This document shows positions 1-13,342 of a stretch of 64,000 nt of DNA, piece by piece. Numbering within the stretch: position 1 is the first letter of the stretch; each line of letters starts with the position of its first letter. The translations under genes and the position numbers were made by a program. The notes under the pieces are model-generated. The model saw nothing but the letters and a program-made list of their open reading frames with translations. It did not search any database and had not been told where the DNA came from. Source of the stretch: Escherichia coli (GTDB lineage Bacteria > Pseudomonadota > Gammaproteobacteria > Enterobacterales > Enterobacteriaceae); NCBI RefSeq assembly GCF_003334305.1, contig NZ_QOWS01000026.1; one strand, written 5' to 3'.

Positions 1-639
1 CTTGCCGCTCAGTCGGCGCTTTTGCATCGTCCGCGTCCAGCTTTTCGATAACCCGGCGGCGGAGAGTAAACGGTGATATTGATCGTCATCAAACGGCATA
101 TGCCATGCGATGGCGGCAGCCTCCTGCACGGTCACATCGCTGACACGGGAAACCAACTCCAGCGGCGCGTCCGCAGACACTTTCCCTGGCGCTATCACGC
201 TATACAACCACCCCACCTTACCTGTGTTTTGCATCAACTGCGCTATATCGCTGATATCAAAATGGTAATTGAGTTTATAGCAAGGCGAGCGCGGCTGGCT
301 GACCTGAATTAATGCCTCTCCCCAGCGGAAAATATCGCCCATATAAACATTACTTTCCGTGAGACCGTCGGTTGAGAGATTTTCGCCAAACGCAGGCGCA
401 ACAAACAACTCCGCCTGTTCCGGAAATTCCCGCGCCCAGTAGAGATAATGCTCACGAGGATAATGACACAGCGCTCTGTCTGGTCCGCCGTGAACCTTTT
501 TCTCCGCCTGCTCGTCACCTTCCAGCCCCAGCTCCGTCAGCATCAACTCACCATCAACCTGGATTTTGGCAATTGCGCTGGGTTTGCCTTCGGGATAAGC
601 CTGAATCTTGCCTGTGTATACATCAACCGGATATCGCAT
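1..639 (-). CDS. yiiM: MOSC-domain protein YiiM (6-N-hydroxylaminopurine resistance); the last ~11 codons lie outside the window
   Basis: The minus-strand frame is open from ATG at 639-637 to position 1. It has no stop in the window, so it is absent from the ORF track. My translation MRYPVDVYTGKIQAYPEGKPSAIAKIQVDGELMLTELG...AAGLSKSWTRTMQKRRLSGK matches my recollection of E. coli YiiM (224 aa). Confidence 0.85.
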   Translation of the reverse strand, partial: MRYPVDVYTGKIQAYPEGKPSAIAKIQVDGELMLTELGLEGDEQAEKKVHGGPDRALCHYPREHYLYWAREFPEQAELFVAPAFGENLSTDGLTESNVYMGDIFRWGEALIQVSQPRSPCYKLNYHFDISDIAQLMQNTGKVGWLYSVIAPGKVSADAPLELVSRVSDVTVQEAAAIAWHMPFDDDQYHRLLSAAGLSKSWTRTMQKRRLSGK

Positions 640-787
640 CTGTTCCCTCTCCACGAGAAATTTCCCCATTAGACCATATTTATTTTATGTCAGGCGTGCT
701 GTTTTCGCGGTAAGTATCCAGGCAGGAACTCAATAGCAAACCGGACGAACGTTAGTTCATCCGGCTGTGGGGATTAAGGAAGCAGGT

Positions 788-1771
788 TTATTTCACCGTA
801 CCTAAAATTTCGATTTTCGCTGCTCTGGCTTTGACTTTACGTGACCAGATAGAGGTAAGAATTGGCACCAGAATCGAAGTCACAATGACCGCCGTCGCTA
901 CCAGCGAAGTTGCTGCCGGAGCCATCGGTTTAAACGCAGGCACCATTTCTGCAATCAGCACAGGTGTCGCTACCGCGGCCCCTGCGGAACTGGAAGCGGC
1001 AATTCCGGCAGTGCCATCGCCACCGCCAATCAATTTATCGGCGATAATCAACGGAATACCGGTCACGATAATTACTGCCACACCCAACAGGATCCCCAGC
1101 AAACCAGTCTGGGCAATCACAGTCAAATCAATGGTATTGCCCAGCGCGAAGGCAAAGAATGGAATCAGCGTTTGCACCGCTTTGCTGAAAAATTCTCGTA
1201 ATTCAGGGTCAAGGTTCCCCAGGGCAAAGCCCACCAGGAACGGTAATACTGCGCCGACGAAAACATGCGGTTCAAACGAGGCAATCCCTGCAGTGCCCAG
1301 AATAATCATCGTCATGAGCGGCCCGGACTCCAACGACATCAACACAAATGCCCCAGCTTCTTCTTTTGTGCCGTACTGCTGCATGATGGAAGCGTAAAGT
1401 CCGCCATTGGTCATATCCATCGCCGCCACCAGCGCCAGCGTTGAAAGTCCGGCAAAGAATCCAACTTCAACACCATGTTCCGGAATAATGCGCGAGGCAA
1501 TTGCCGCAACCACCCACGCGACGGCAATTTTTGTTACCACCAGCGTACCGGATTTACGCAATACCGTTCCCGTCGCGCTTAATTTTATTGACGCCCCCAT
1601 GCAAAAAAACCACACCGCCAGAATGGGCACCGTACCGGTAATCATCCCGTTGGTGAATGATCCAAAATATTTCCCCGCCCCCGGCGAGAAGGTGTGGCAC
1701 AGTGCGCCAAGGAATAGCGGGACGAGCATCATCCCCCCCGGGATTTTCTCAATCGAGCGTTTTATCTGCAT
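788..1771 (-). CDS. kdgT: 2-keto-3-deoxygluconate permease KdgT
   Basis: Track ORF 788..1813. The internal Met gives [28 protein letters not shown]..., 327 aa as I recall for KdgT. It is a polytopic hydrophobic protein. The start could be 6 nt upstream (MEMQIK). Confidence 0.9.
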
Positions 1772-1890
1772 TTCCATCACCTGTCGGCATATTTTTAAGG
1801 GCTGATGCGTCATTCCTCAATGGAGCATCAGTGTTGATGGAAACGAAGATAGACATTCATTTAATCAATAAAAGTGATCAAAACCACATC

Positions 1891-1910
1891 AATTGAAACA
1901 CTGTTTTATT
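1891..1910. promoter_or_regulatory. Candidate KdgR operator upstream of kdgT
   Basis: aattGAAACactGTTTTatt is an imperfect inverted repeat resembling the TGAAA-N-TTTCA KdgR box, about 120 bp upstream of the kdgT start. kdgT is a known KdgR regulon member. Confidence 0.45.
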
Positions 1911-1946
1911 TTTATCGGATCATTGTTTTTATTTTGAAATTGATCA

Positions 1947-1977
1947 CAAAAAAACCACCGCCGTTGGCGATGGTTCA
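1947..1977 (-). terminator. Rho-independent terminator of sodA
   Basis: The minus strand reads gaaccatcgcc-aac-ggcggtggtt followed by a T run (plus-strand A run at 1947-1954), about 55 nt after the sodA stop. Confidence 0.7.
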
Positions 1978-2030
1978 TTTTTTAAGCTGATATGCGGCCT
2001 ATACGCCTCATTGCAGCAGGCGGCAAATGA

Positions 2031-2651
2031 TTATTTTTTCGCCGCAAAACGTGCCGCTGCTTCGTCCCAGTTCACCACGTTCCAGAACTCTTTAATGTAG
2101 TCCGGACGGCGGTTCTGGAATTTCAGGTAGTAAGCATGTTCCCACACATCCAGGCCCAGAATCGGGAAGCCGGAAGCGCCAGAAATAGCTTCACCCATCA
2201 GCGGAGAATCCTGGTTAGCAGTAGAAACCACCGCCAGTTTATCGCCTTTCAGCACCAGCCATGCCCAGCCGGAACCAAAGCGGGAAGCTGCCGCTTTTTC
2301 AAATTCTGCTTTGAAGTTATCAACGGAGCCGAAGTCACGTTCGATAGCCGCTTTCAGGTCACCCTGCAGGGTGGTGCCTTTTTTCAGACCTTTCCAGAAC
2401 AGGCTGTGGTTAGCGTGACCGCCAGCGTTGTTGCGCAGTACGGTTTTCTTGTCTGCTGGCAGCTGGTCCAGTTTGGTGATCAGCTCTTCAACCGGCAGGT
2501 TGGCAAATTCTGGCAGGCTTTCCAGCGCCGCGTTGGCGTTGTTTACGTAGGTCTGATGGTGTTTGGTGTGGTGGATTTCCATGGTCTGCTTATCGAAGTG
2601 CGGTTCCAGGGCATCGTAAGCATACGGCAGGGATGGCAGGGTATAGCTCAT
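2031..2651 (-). CDS. sodA: Manganese superoxide dismutase
   Basis: Track ORF 2031..2657. From the second Met it reads [38 protein letters not shown]...[19 protein letters not shown], 206 aa, with Fe/Mn-SOD signature residues. Confidence 0.97.
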   Translation of the reverse strand: MSYTLPSLPYAYDALEPHFDKQTMEIHHTKHHQTYVNNANAALESLPEFANLPVEELITKLDQLPADKKTVLRNNAGGHANHSLFWKGLKKGTTLQGDLKAAIERDFGSVDNFKAEFEKAAASRFGSGWAWLVLKGDKLAVVSTANQDSPLMGEAISGASGFPILGLDVWEHAYYLKFQNRRPDYIKEFWNVVNWDEAAARFAAKK

Positions 2652-2730
2652 ATTCATCTCCAGTATTGTCGGGCGGCCGATTGTTAATGCCGCGTAAGCA
2701 GTTGGTTCATTATAGTTAATTAAATGATAT

Positions 2731-2747
2731 TGAAAATGATTATCAAT
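2731..2747. promoter_or_regulatory. Fur box in the sodA promoter
   Basis: tgaaaatgattatcaat matches about 12 of 14 positions of the TGATAATCATTATC Fur core. It lies 80-95 bp upstream of the sodA ATG, with a TATAAT (minus strand) at 2709-2714. Confidence 0.55.
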
Positions 2748-2935
2748 GCCGTACTTTTCGTAAGGGTATGGTTTTGCAGGAAAATGCCCGAGATGTGAAG
2801 CAAATCACCCACTTAATGCCGTGATTGCCAGTAAATCGACAACGGCGGCAACAGGCGAAAGGTTAATCGACAGCACGATTTTTACACTCATCTCGTCGGA
2901 GATGTGAAGCGACGAAAAATGATGAGGATAAGAAG

Positions 2936-3970
2936 ATGAGTAACGCGATTACGATGGGGATATTTTGGCATTTGATCGGCGCGGCCAGTGCAGCCTGTTT
3001 TTACGCTCCGTTCAAAAAAGTAAAAAAATGGTCATGGGAAACCATGTGGTCAGTCGGTGGGATTGTTTCGTGGATTATTCTGCCGTGGGCCATCAGCGCC
3101 CTGTTACTACCGAATTTCTGGGCGTATTACAGCTCGTTTAGTCTCTCTACGCTGCTGCCTGTTTTTCTGTTCGGCGCTATGTGGGGGATCGGTAATATCA
3201 ACTATGGCCTGACCATGCGTTATCTCGGCATGTCGATGGGAATTGGCATCGCCATTGGCATTACGTTGATTGTCGGTACGCTGATGACGCCAATTATCAA
3301 CGGCAATTTCGATGTGCTGATTAACACCGAAGGCGGACGCATGACGTTGCTCGGCGTTCTGGTGGCGCTGATTGGCGTAGGGATTGTAACTCGAGCCGGG
3401 CAGTTGAAAGAGCGCAAGATGGGCATTAAAGCCGAAGAGTTCAATCTGAAAAAAGGGCTGGTGCTGGCGGTGATGTGCGGCATTTTCTCTGCCGGGATGT
3501 CCTTTGCGATGAACGCCGCAAAACCGATGCATGAAGCCGCTGCCGCACTAGGCGTCGATCCACTGTATGTCGCTCTGCCAAGCTATGTCATCATCATGGG
3601 CGGCGGCGCGATCATCAACCTCGGTTTCTGTTTTATTCGTCTGGCAAAAGTGAAGGATTTGTCGCTAAAAGCCGACTTCTCGCTGGCAAAACCGCTGATC
3701 ACTCACAATGTGTTACTCTCAGCACTGGGCGGGTTGATGTGGTATCTGCAATTCTTTTTCTATGCCTGGGGCCACGCCCGCATTCCGGCGCAATATGACT
3801 ACATCAGTTGGATGCTGCATATGAGCTTCTATGTATTGTGCGGCGGTATCGTCGGGCTGGTGCTGAAAGAGTGGAACAATGCAGGACGCCGTCCGGTAAC
3901 GGTGTTGAGCCTCGGTTGTGTGGTGATTATTGTCGCCGCTAACATCGTCGGCATCGGCATGGCGAATTAA
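2936..3970 (+). CDS. rhaT: L-rhamnose:H+ symporter
   Basis: 344 aa, [38 protein letters not shown]..., a 10-TM DMT-type protein. It sits beside rhaRS as in E. coli. Confidence 0.95.
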   Translation: MSNAITMGIFWHLIGAASAACFYAPFKKVKKWSWETMWSVGGIVSWIILPWAISALLLPNFWAYYSSFSLSTLLPVFLFGAMWGIGNINYGLTMRYLGMSMGIGIAIGITLIVGTLMTPIINGNFDVLINTEGGRMTLLGVLVALIGVGIVTRAGQLKERKMGIKAEEFNLKKGLVLAVMCGIFSAGMSFAMNAAKPMHEAAAALGVDPLYVALPSYVIIMGGGAIINLGFCFIRLAKVKDLSLKADFSLAKPLITHNVLLSALGGLMWYLQFFFYAWGHARIPAQYDYISWMLHMSFYVLCGGIVGLVLKEWNNAGRRPVTVLSLGCVVIIVAANIVGIGMAN

Positions 3971-4815
3971 TCTTTCTGCGAATTGAGATGACGCCACTGG
4001 CTGGGCGTCATCCCGGTTTCCCGGGTAAACACCACCGAAAAATAGTTACTATCTTCAAAGCCACATTCGGTAGAAATATCACTGATTAACAGGCGGCTAT
4101 GCTGGAGAAGATATTGCGCATGACACACTCTGACCTGTCGCAGATATTGATTGATGGTCATTCCAGTCTGCTGGCGAAATTGCTGACGCAAAACGCGCTC
4201 ACTGCACGATGCCTCATCACAAAATTTATCCAGCGCAAAGGGACTTTTCAGGCTAGCCGCCAGCCGGGTAATCAGCTTATCCAGCAACGTTTCGCTGGAT
4301 GTTGGCGGCAACGAATCACTGGTGTAACGATGGCGATTCAGCAACATCACCAACTGCCCGAACAGCAACTCAGCCATTTCGTTAGCAAACGGCACATGCT
4401 GACTACTTTCATGCTCAAGCTGACCGATAACCTGCCGCGCCTGCGCCATCCCCACGCTACCTAAGCGCCAGTGTGGTTGCCCTGCGCTGGCGCTAAATCC
4501 CGGAATCGCCCCCTGCCAGTCAAGATTCAGCTTCAGACGCTCCGGGCAATAAATAATATTCTGCAAAACCAGATCGTTAACGGAAGCGTAGGAGTGTTTA
4601 TCGTCAGCATGAATGTAAAAGAGATCGCCACGGGTAATGCGATAAGGGCGATCGTTGAGTACATGCAGGCCATTACCGCGCCAGACAATCACCAGCTCAC
4701 AAAAATCATGTGTATGTTCAGCAAAGACATCTTGCGGATAACGGTCAGCCACAGCGACTGCCTGCTGGTCGCTGGCAAAAAAATCATCTTTGAGAAGTTT
4801 TAACTGATGCGCCAC
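3967..4815 (-). CDS. rhaR: AraC-family activator RhaR
   Basis: Track ORF 3967..4989 is over-extended. A GTG at 4815-4813 gives (M)[30 protein letters not shown]..., 282 aa as I recall for RhaR. It has an N-terminal cupin and a C-terminal double HTH. Confidence 0.9.
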   Translation of the reverse strand: MAHQLKLLKDDFFASDQQAVAVADRYPQDVFAEHTHDFCELVIVWRGNGLHVLNDRPYRITRGDLFYIHADDKHSYASVNDLVLQNIIYCPERLKLNLDWQGAIPGFSASAGQPHWRLGSVGMAQARQVIGQLEHESSQHVPFANEMAELLFGQLVMLLNRHRYTSDSLPPTSSETLLDKLITRLAASLKSPFALDKFCDEASCSERVLRQQFRQQTGMTINQYLRQVRVCHAQYLLQHSRLLISDISTECGFEDSNYFSVVFTRETGMTPSQWRHLNSQKD

Positions 4816-4888
4816 CGTGGCTACCTCGGCCAGAGAACGAAGTTGATTATTCGCAATATGGCGTACAAATACGTTGAGAAGATTCGCG

Positions 4889-5725
4889 TTATTGCAGAAA
4901 ACCATCCCGTCCCTGACGAATATCACGCGGTGACCAGTTAAACTCTCGGCGAAAAAGCGTCGAAAAGTGGTTACTGTCGCTGAATCCACAGCGATAGGCG
5001 ATGTCAGTAACGCTGGCCTCGCTGTGGCGTAGCAGATGTCGGGCTTTCATCAGTCGCAGGCGGTTCAGGTATCGCTGAGGCGTCAGTCCCGTTTGCTGCT
5101 TAAGCTGCCGATGTAGCGTACGCAGTGAAAGAGAAAATTGATCCGCCACGGCATCCCAATTCACCTCATCGGCAAAATGGTCCTCCAGCCAGGCCAGAAG
5201 CAAGTTGAGACGTGATGCGCTGTTTTCCAGGTTCTCCTGCAAACTGCTTTTACGCAGCAAGAGCAGTAATTGCATAAACAAGATCTCGCGACTGGCGGTC
5301 GAGGGTAAATCATTTTCCCCTTCCTGCTGTTCCATCTGTGCAACCAGCTGTCGCACCTGCTGCAATACGCTGTGGTTAACGCGCCAGTGAGACGGATACT
5401 GCCCATCCAGCTCTTGTGGCAGCAACTGATTCAGCCCGGCGAGAAACTGAAATCGATCCGGCGAGCGATACAGCACATTGGTCAGACACAGATTATCGGT
5501 ATGTTCATACAGATGCCGATCATGATCGCGTACGAAACAGACCGTGCCACCGGTGATGGTATAGGGCTGCCCATTAAACACATGAATACCCGTGCCATGT
5601 TCGACAATCACAATTTCATGAAAATCATGATGATGTTCAGGAAAATCCGCCTGCGGGAGCCGGGGTTCTATCGCCACGGACGCGTTACCAGACGGAAAGA
5701 AATCCACACTATGTAATACGGTCAT
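4889..5725 (-). CDS. rhaS: AraC-family activator RhaS
   Basis: 278 aa, [44 protein letters not shown]..., with a C-terminal AraC HTH. Confidence 0.95.
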   Translation of the reverse strand: MTVLHSVDFFPSGNASVAIEPRLPQADFPEHHHDFHEIVIVEHGTGIHVFNGQPYTITGGTVCFVRDHDRHLYEHTDNLCLTNVLYRSPDRFQFLAGLNQLLPQELDGQYPSHWRVNHSVLQQVRQLVAQMEQQEGENDLPSTASREILFMQLLLLLRKSSLQENLENSASRLNLLLAWLEDHFADEVNWDAVADQFSLSLRTLHRQLKQQTGLTPQRYLNRLRLMKARHLLRHSEASVTDIAYRCGFSDSNHFSTLFRREFNWSPRDIRQGRDGFLQ

Positions 5726-8738
<3,013 letters not shown>

Positions 8739-8742
8739 ACAC

Positions 8743-8870
8743 TGCCGGATGCGGCGCGAGCGCCTTATCCGGCCTACAGGTCGGCAACAGTTGTAGGCCT
8801 GATAAGACGCGACAGCGTCGCATCAGGCATTGATTGCCGGATGCGGCACGAGCGCCTTATCCGGCCTACG
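8743..8870. repeat. BIME: three REP elements in alternating orientation
   Basis: ctgccggatgcggcgcgagcgccttatccggcctaca, then tgtaggcctgataagacgcgacagcgtcgcatcaggca, then tgccggatgcggcacgagcgccttatccggcctac. These are canonical E. coli REP sequences between rhaA and rhaD. Confidence 0.9.
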
Positions 8871-8912
8871 GGTCGTGCATCTGACAACACCGAATTTACA
8901 GGAACACAGAAC

Positions 8913-9737
8913 ATGCAAAACATTACCCAGTCCTGGTTTGTCCAGGGAATGATCAAAGCCACCACCGATGCCTGGCTGAAAGGCTGGGACGAGCGCAACG
9001 GCGGCAACCTGACGCTGCGCCTGGATGACGCCGATATCGCGCCTTATAAAGACAACTTCCATGCACAACCGCGCTATATCCCGCTCAGCCAGCCCATGCC
9101 TTTACTGGCAAATACACCGTTTATTGTCACCGGCTCCGGCAAATTCTTCCGTAACGTCCAGCTTGATCCTGCAGCTAACTTAGGCGTCGTAAAAGTCGAC
9201 AGCGACGGCGCGGGCTACCATATTCTCTGGGGGTTAACCAACGAAGCCGTTCCAACTTCTGAACTTCCGGCTCACTTTCTCTCCCACTGCGAGCGCATTA
9301 AAGCCACCAACGGTAAAGATCGGGTGATCATGCACTGCCACGCCACCAACCTGATCGCCCTCACCTATGTACTGGAAAACGACACCGCGGTCTTTACTCG
9401 CCAACTGTGGGAAGGCAGCACCGAGTGTCTGGTGGTATTCCCGGATGGCGTTGGCATTCTGCCGTGGATGGTGCCCGGCACGGACGAAATCGGCCAGGCG
9501 ACCGCACAAGAGATGCAAAAACATTCGCTGGTGTTGTGGCCCTTCCACGGCGTCTTCGGCAGCGGGTCGACGTTGGATGAAACATTCGGTTTAATCGACA
9601 CCGCAGAAAAATCAGCACAAGTATTAGTGAAGGTTTATTCGATGGGCGGCATGAAACAGACCATCAGCCGTGAAGAGTTGATAGCGCTCGGCAAGCGCTT
9701 CGGCGTTACACCACTAGCCAGTGCGCTGGCGCTGTAA
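8913..9737 (+). CDS. rhaD: Rhamnulose-1-phosphate aldolase
   Basis: Track ORF 8841..9737 starts inside a REP. The ATG at 8913 gives [39 protein letters not shown], 274 aa, a class II aldolase. Confidence 0.95.
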   Translation: MQNITQSWFVQGMIKATTDAWLKGWDERNGGNLTLRLDDADIAPYKDNFHAQPRYIPLSQPMPLLANTPFIVTGSGKFFRNVQLDPAANLGVVKVDSDGAGYHILWGLTNEAVPTSELPAHFLSHCERIKATNGKDRVIMHCHATNLIALTYVLENDTAVFTRQLWEGSTECLVVFPDGVGILPWMVPGTDEIGQATAQEMQKHSLVLWPFHGVFGSGSTLDETFGLIDTAEKSAQVLVKVYSMGGMKQTISREELIALGKRFGVTPLASALAL

Positions 9738-9746
9738 GGAGCAAAC

Positions 9747-10061
9747 ATGATCCGCAAAGCCTTTGTCATGCAGGTTAACCCCGACGCTCACGAAGAGTAT
9801 CAGCGTCGGCATAACCCCATCTGGCCGGAACTGGAAGCAGTGTTGAAATCTCACGGTGCGCATAACTACGCCATTTACCTCGACAAAGCGCGTAATCTGC
9901 TGTTTGCCACGGTAGAGATTGAATCTGAAGAGCGCTGGAATGCGGTTGCCAGTACTGATGTTTGCCAACGTTGGTGGAAATATATGACCGACGTCATGCC
10001 CGCGAACCCGGATAACAGCCCGGTGAGTAGCGAACTGCAAGAAGTGTTTTACCTGCCGTAA
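9747..10061 (+). CDS. rhaM: L-rhamnose mutarotase
   Basis: 104 aa, [46 protein letters not shown]... (YiiL). Confidence 0.95.
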
Positions 10062-10070
10062 TTGCCTAAT

Positions 10071-10101
10071 GTGCCGGAGACGCCTCCGGCACAATATTTT
10101 T
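10071..10101 (+). terminator. Rho-independent terminator of the rha operon
   Basis: gtgccggag-acgc-ctccggcac (9-bp GC-rich stem) followed by aatattttta, 10 nt after the rhaM stop. Confidence 0.8.
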
Positions 10102-10373
10102 AATTTCGATTTGAAAAATAAACATATTACACCTTCAGTTAATATATCCCGGTAACTTATATTTCCCCGATGCATTGTGAGTAAATCACAAAAATAATGA
10201 ATAACTCATTAATGATTCATGTGGTTTATTTAAATAACCATTATGTGCATTACTCCGCAAATCTGACCTTTCACTCTGTCTCAAATTGTCATTGTTTACC
10301 GACATATCGCCTCTCATCACTTAATCGCTCCACCATTACAATTGATTAAAATATATTTCATGGAGTCCGATTA

Positions 10374-10820
10374 ATGGCAGCTCTTACTGCAAGCTGTATT
10401 GACCTGAATATTCAGGGCAATGGCGCTTATTCCATTCTGAAGCAGTTGGCGACAATGGCGTTACAAAACGGTTTTATCACCGACTCACACCAGTTCCTGC
10501 AAACCCTGCTGCTGCGCGAAAAAATGCACTCTACTGGATTTGGTTCCGGCATCGCCGTGCCGCACGGTAAAAGCGCCTGCGTTAAACAACCGTTCGTGTT
10601 ATTCGCCCGCAAAGCGCAGGCTATTGACTGGAAAGCCAGCGATGGCGAAGACGTCAATTGCTGGATCTGCCTCGGCGTGCCGCAAAGCGGCGAAGAGGAT
10701 CAGGTCAAAATCATCGGTACACTGTGTCGCAAAATTATCCACCAGGATTTTATTCACCAACTGCGACGAGGCGACGCCGACCAGGTGTTTGCCTTGTTAA
10801 ATCAAACCCTCAGCTCATAA
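10374..10820 (+). CDS. frvA: PTS fructose-like EIIA component
   Basis: 148 aa with the EIIA(Fru/Mtl/Ntr) phosphorylation motif GFGSGIAVPHGKS. Confidence 0.9.
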   Translation: MAALTASCIDLNIQGNGAYSILKQLATMALQNGFITDSHQFLQTLLLREKMHSTGFGSGIAVPHGKSACVKQPFVLFARKAQAIDWKASDGEDVNCWICLGVPQSGEEDQVKIIGTLCRKIIHQDFIHQLRRGDADQVFALLNQTLSS

Positions 10821-10830
10821 GGAAGTGGCG

Positions 10831-12282
10831 ATGGAGTCATCCTTACGTATTGTCGCGATCACCAACTGCCCCGCCGGGATCGCTCACACCTACATGGTGG
10901 CGGAAGCCCTGGAACAGAAAGCCCGTTCTCTCGGCCATACCATAAAAGTGGAAACTCAAGGGTCCAGTGGCGTTGAAAACCGCTTATCCAGCGAAGAGAT
11001 TGCCGCTGCCGATTACGTCATTCTCGCTACCGGGCGTGGCCTGAGCGGCGATGACCGGGCGCGGTTTGCCGGGAAGAAGGTTTATGAGATTGCCATCTCC
11101 CAGGCGTTGAAAAATATCGACCAGATTTTCAGTGAATTACCAACAAACTCGCAGCTTTTTGCCGCAGATAGCGGCGTGAAGCTCGGCAAACAGGAAGTAC
11201 AAAGCGGCAGCGTAATGAGCCACCTGATGGCGGGCGTCTCTGCGGCGCTGCCGTTTGTTATCGGTGGCGGTATCCTGGTGGCGCTTGCCAACATGCTGGT
11301 GCAGTTCGGCCTGCCGTATACCGATATGTCGAAAGGCGCGCCGTCGTTTACCTGGGTGGTTGAATCCATCGGTTATCTCGGCTTCACCTTTATGATCCCC
11401 ATCATGGGCGCTTATATTGCCTCGTCGATTGCCGATAAACCCGCTTTCGCTCCGGCGTTTCTGGTTTGCTATCTGGCGAATGACAAAGCCCTGCTCGGCA
11501 CCCAGTCAGGTGCGGGATTCCTCGGCGCGGTGGTGCTGGGGCTGGCGATTGGCTATTTCGTCTTCTGGTTCCGTAAAGTGCGCCTTGGCAAAGCATTACA
11601 ACCGCTGCTCGGTTCAATGCTGATCCCGTTCGTTACTCTGCTGGTTTTCGGCGTGCTCACTTACTACGTTATCGGACCGGTAATGTCCGACCTCATGGGC
11701 GGGTTGCTGCACTTCCTGAACACCATTCCTCCATCAATGAAATTTGCGGCAGCGTTTCTGGTCGGTGCGATGCTGGCGTTCGATATGGGCGGCCCCATCA
11801 ATAAAACCGCCTGGTTCTTCTGCTTCTCACTGCTGGAAAAACACATTTATGACTGGTACGCCATCGTCGGCGTTGTCGCGCTGATGCCGCCCGTCGCGGC
11901 GGGTCTTGCGACGTTCATTGCGCCCAAACTGTTTACCCGACAGGAAAAAGAGGCTGCCAGTAGTGCCATTGTGGTCGGTGCCACAGTCGCAACCGAACCG
12001 GCTATACCTTACGCTCTGGCAGCTCCGTTGCCGATGATTACCGCCAATACGCTGGCGGGTGGCATTACCGGCGTGCTGGTGATCGCTTTCGGAATCAAAC
12101 GTCTGGCACCTGGTTTGGGTATCTTTGACCCGCTGATCGGCCTGATGTCGCCGGTGGGTTCGTTTTATCTGGTGCTGGCGATTGGCCTCGCGCTGAACAT
12201 TTCATTCATTATCGTCCTGAAAGGATTGTGGTTACGCCGCAAAGCGAAAGCCGCGCAACAGGAGCTTGTCCATGAACATTGA
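10831..12282 (+). CDS. frvB: PTS fructose-like EIIB-EIIC component
   Basis: Track ORF 10825..12282. The ATG at 10831 is preceded by aaggaag. The N-terminal IIB domain has VAITNCPAGIAHTYM (Cys phosphorylation site), followed by a polytopic IIC domain. 483 aa. Confidence 0.9.
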   Translation: MESSLRIVAITNCPAGIAHTYMVAEALEQKARSLGHTIKVETQGSSGVENRLSSEEIAAADYVILATGRGLSGDDRARFAGKKVYEIAISQALKNIDQIFSELPTNSQLFAADSGVKLGKQEVQSGSVMSHLMAGVSAALPFVIGGGILVALANMLVQFGLPYTDMSKGAPSFTWVVESIGYLGFTFMIPIMGAYIASSIADKPAFAPAFLVCYLANDKALLGTQSGAGFLGAVVLGLAIGYFVFWFRKVRLGKALQPLLGSMLIPFVTLLVFGVLTYYVIGPVMSDLMGGLLHFLNTIPPSMKFAAAFLVGAMLAFDMGGPINKTAWFFCFSLLEKHIYDWYAIVGVVALMPPVAAGLATFIAPKLFTRQEKEAASSAIVVGATVATEPAIPYALAAPLPMITANTLAGGITGVLVIAFGIKRLAPGLGIFDPLIGLMSPVGSFYLVLAIGLALNISFIIVLKGLWLRRKAKAAQQELVHEH

Positions 12283-13342
12283 GTTACTGCAACAGTTGTG
12301 CGAAGCCAGCGCCGTCAGCGGCGATGAACAGGAAGTTCGCGACATTCTGATAAACACGCTGGAACCTTGCGTTAATGAAATCACCTTTGATGGTCTGGGC
12401 AGCTTTGTTGCCCGTAAGGGGAATAAAGGTCCAAAAGTTGCCGTTGTCGGGCATATGGATGAAGTCGGCTTTATGGTCACCCACATCGACGAGAGCGGTT
12501 TTCTGCGCTTCACCACCATTGGCGGCTGGTGGAATCAGTCGATGCTCAACCACCGGGTAACCATACGCACACACAAGGGATTTAAAATCCCTGGTGTGAT
12601 TGGTTCCGTCGCGCCTCATGCGTTAACGGAAAAGCAAAAGCAACAACCGCTGTCATTTGATGAGATGTTCATTGATATTGGCGCGAACAGTCGCGAAGAA
12701 GCGGAAAAGCGCGGCGTTGAAATTGGCGATTTTATTAGCCCGGAAGCCAATTTTGCCTGCTGGGGCGAAGATAAAGTAGTCGGAAAGGCGCTGGATAACC
12801 GCATCGGCTGCGCGATGATGGCGGAGCTACTACAGACAGTAAATAACCCAGAAATTACGCTGTACGGCGTTGGCAGTGTGGAAGAAGAAGTTGGGCTACG
12901 CGGGGCACAAACCTCGGCGGAACACATTAAACCGGATGTGGTGATTGTGCTGGATACCGCTGTCGCAGGTGATGTTCCGGGCATTGATAACATTAAATAC
13001 CCGCTGAAACTGGGCCAGGGGCCGGGGCTGATGCTGTTTGACAAGCGCTACTTCCCCAACCAGAAACTGGTAGCAGCGTTTAAAAACTGTGCCACGCAGA
13101 ATGATTTACCGCTGCAATTTTCCACCATGAAAACCGGAGCGACGGATGGCGGGCGCTACAACGTGATGGGCGGCGGGCGTCCGGTTGTCGCGCTGTGTCT
13201 GCCAACTCGTTATCTGCACGCCAACAGCGGTATGATTTCAAAAGCCGATTACGATGCTCTGCTCACGCTGATACGGGGTTTTCTGACCACCTTAACTGCG
13301 GAGAAAGTCAACGCGTTTAGCCAGTTCCGTCAGGTGGATTAA
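12272..13342 (+). CDS. frvX: M42-family metallopeptidase (CelM/FrvX type)
   Basis: Track ORF 12266..13342. The ATG at 12272 follows caggag. It reads MNIELLQQLCEASAVSGDEQEVRDIL...VGHMDEVGFMV...DNRIGCA, motifs typical of M42 aminopeptidases. It overlaps the frvB 3' end by 11 nt. Confidence 0.88.
   Translation: MNIELLQQLCEASAVSGDEQEVRDILINTLEPCVNEITFDGLGSFVARKGNKGPKVAVVGHMDEVGFMVTHIDESGFLRFTTIGGWWNQSMLNHRVTIRTHKGFKIPGVIGSVAPHALTEKQKQQPLSFDEMFIDIGANSREEAEKRGVEIGDFISPEANFACWGEDKVVGKALDNRIGCAMMAELLQTVNNPEITLYGVGSVEEEVGLRGAQTSAEHIKPDVVIVLDTAVAGDVPGIDNIKYPLKLGQGPGLMLFDKRYFPNQKLVAAFKNCATQNDLPLQFSTMKTGATDGGRYNVMGGGRPVVALCLPTRYLHANSGMISKADYDALLTLIRGFLTTLTAEKVNAFSQFRQVD

Noticed and set aside
3967-4989. 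340-aa version of rhaR that extends upstream into the rhaS 3' end
   Set aside because: The extension overlaps rhaS by 100 nt. The GTG at 4815 gives the 282-aa RhaR I recall, and the rhaS-rhaR spacing then matches the known operon.
10176-10190. TGTGAGTAAATCACA considered as a standard CRP site
   Set aside because: The half-sites are separated by 5 nt, not 6, so I kept it only as an unassigned dyad (see findings).
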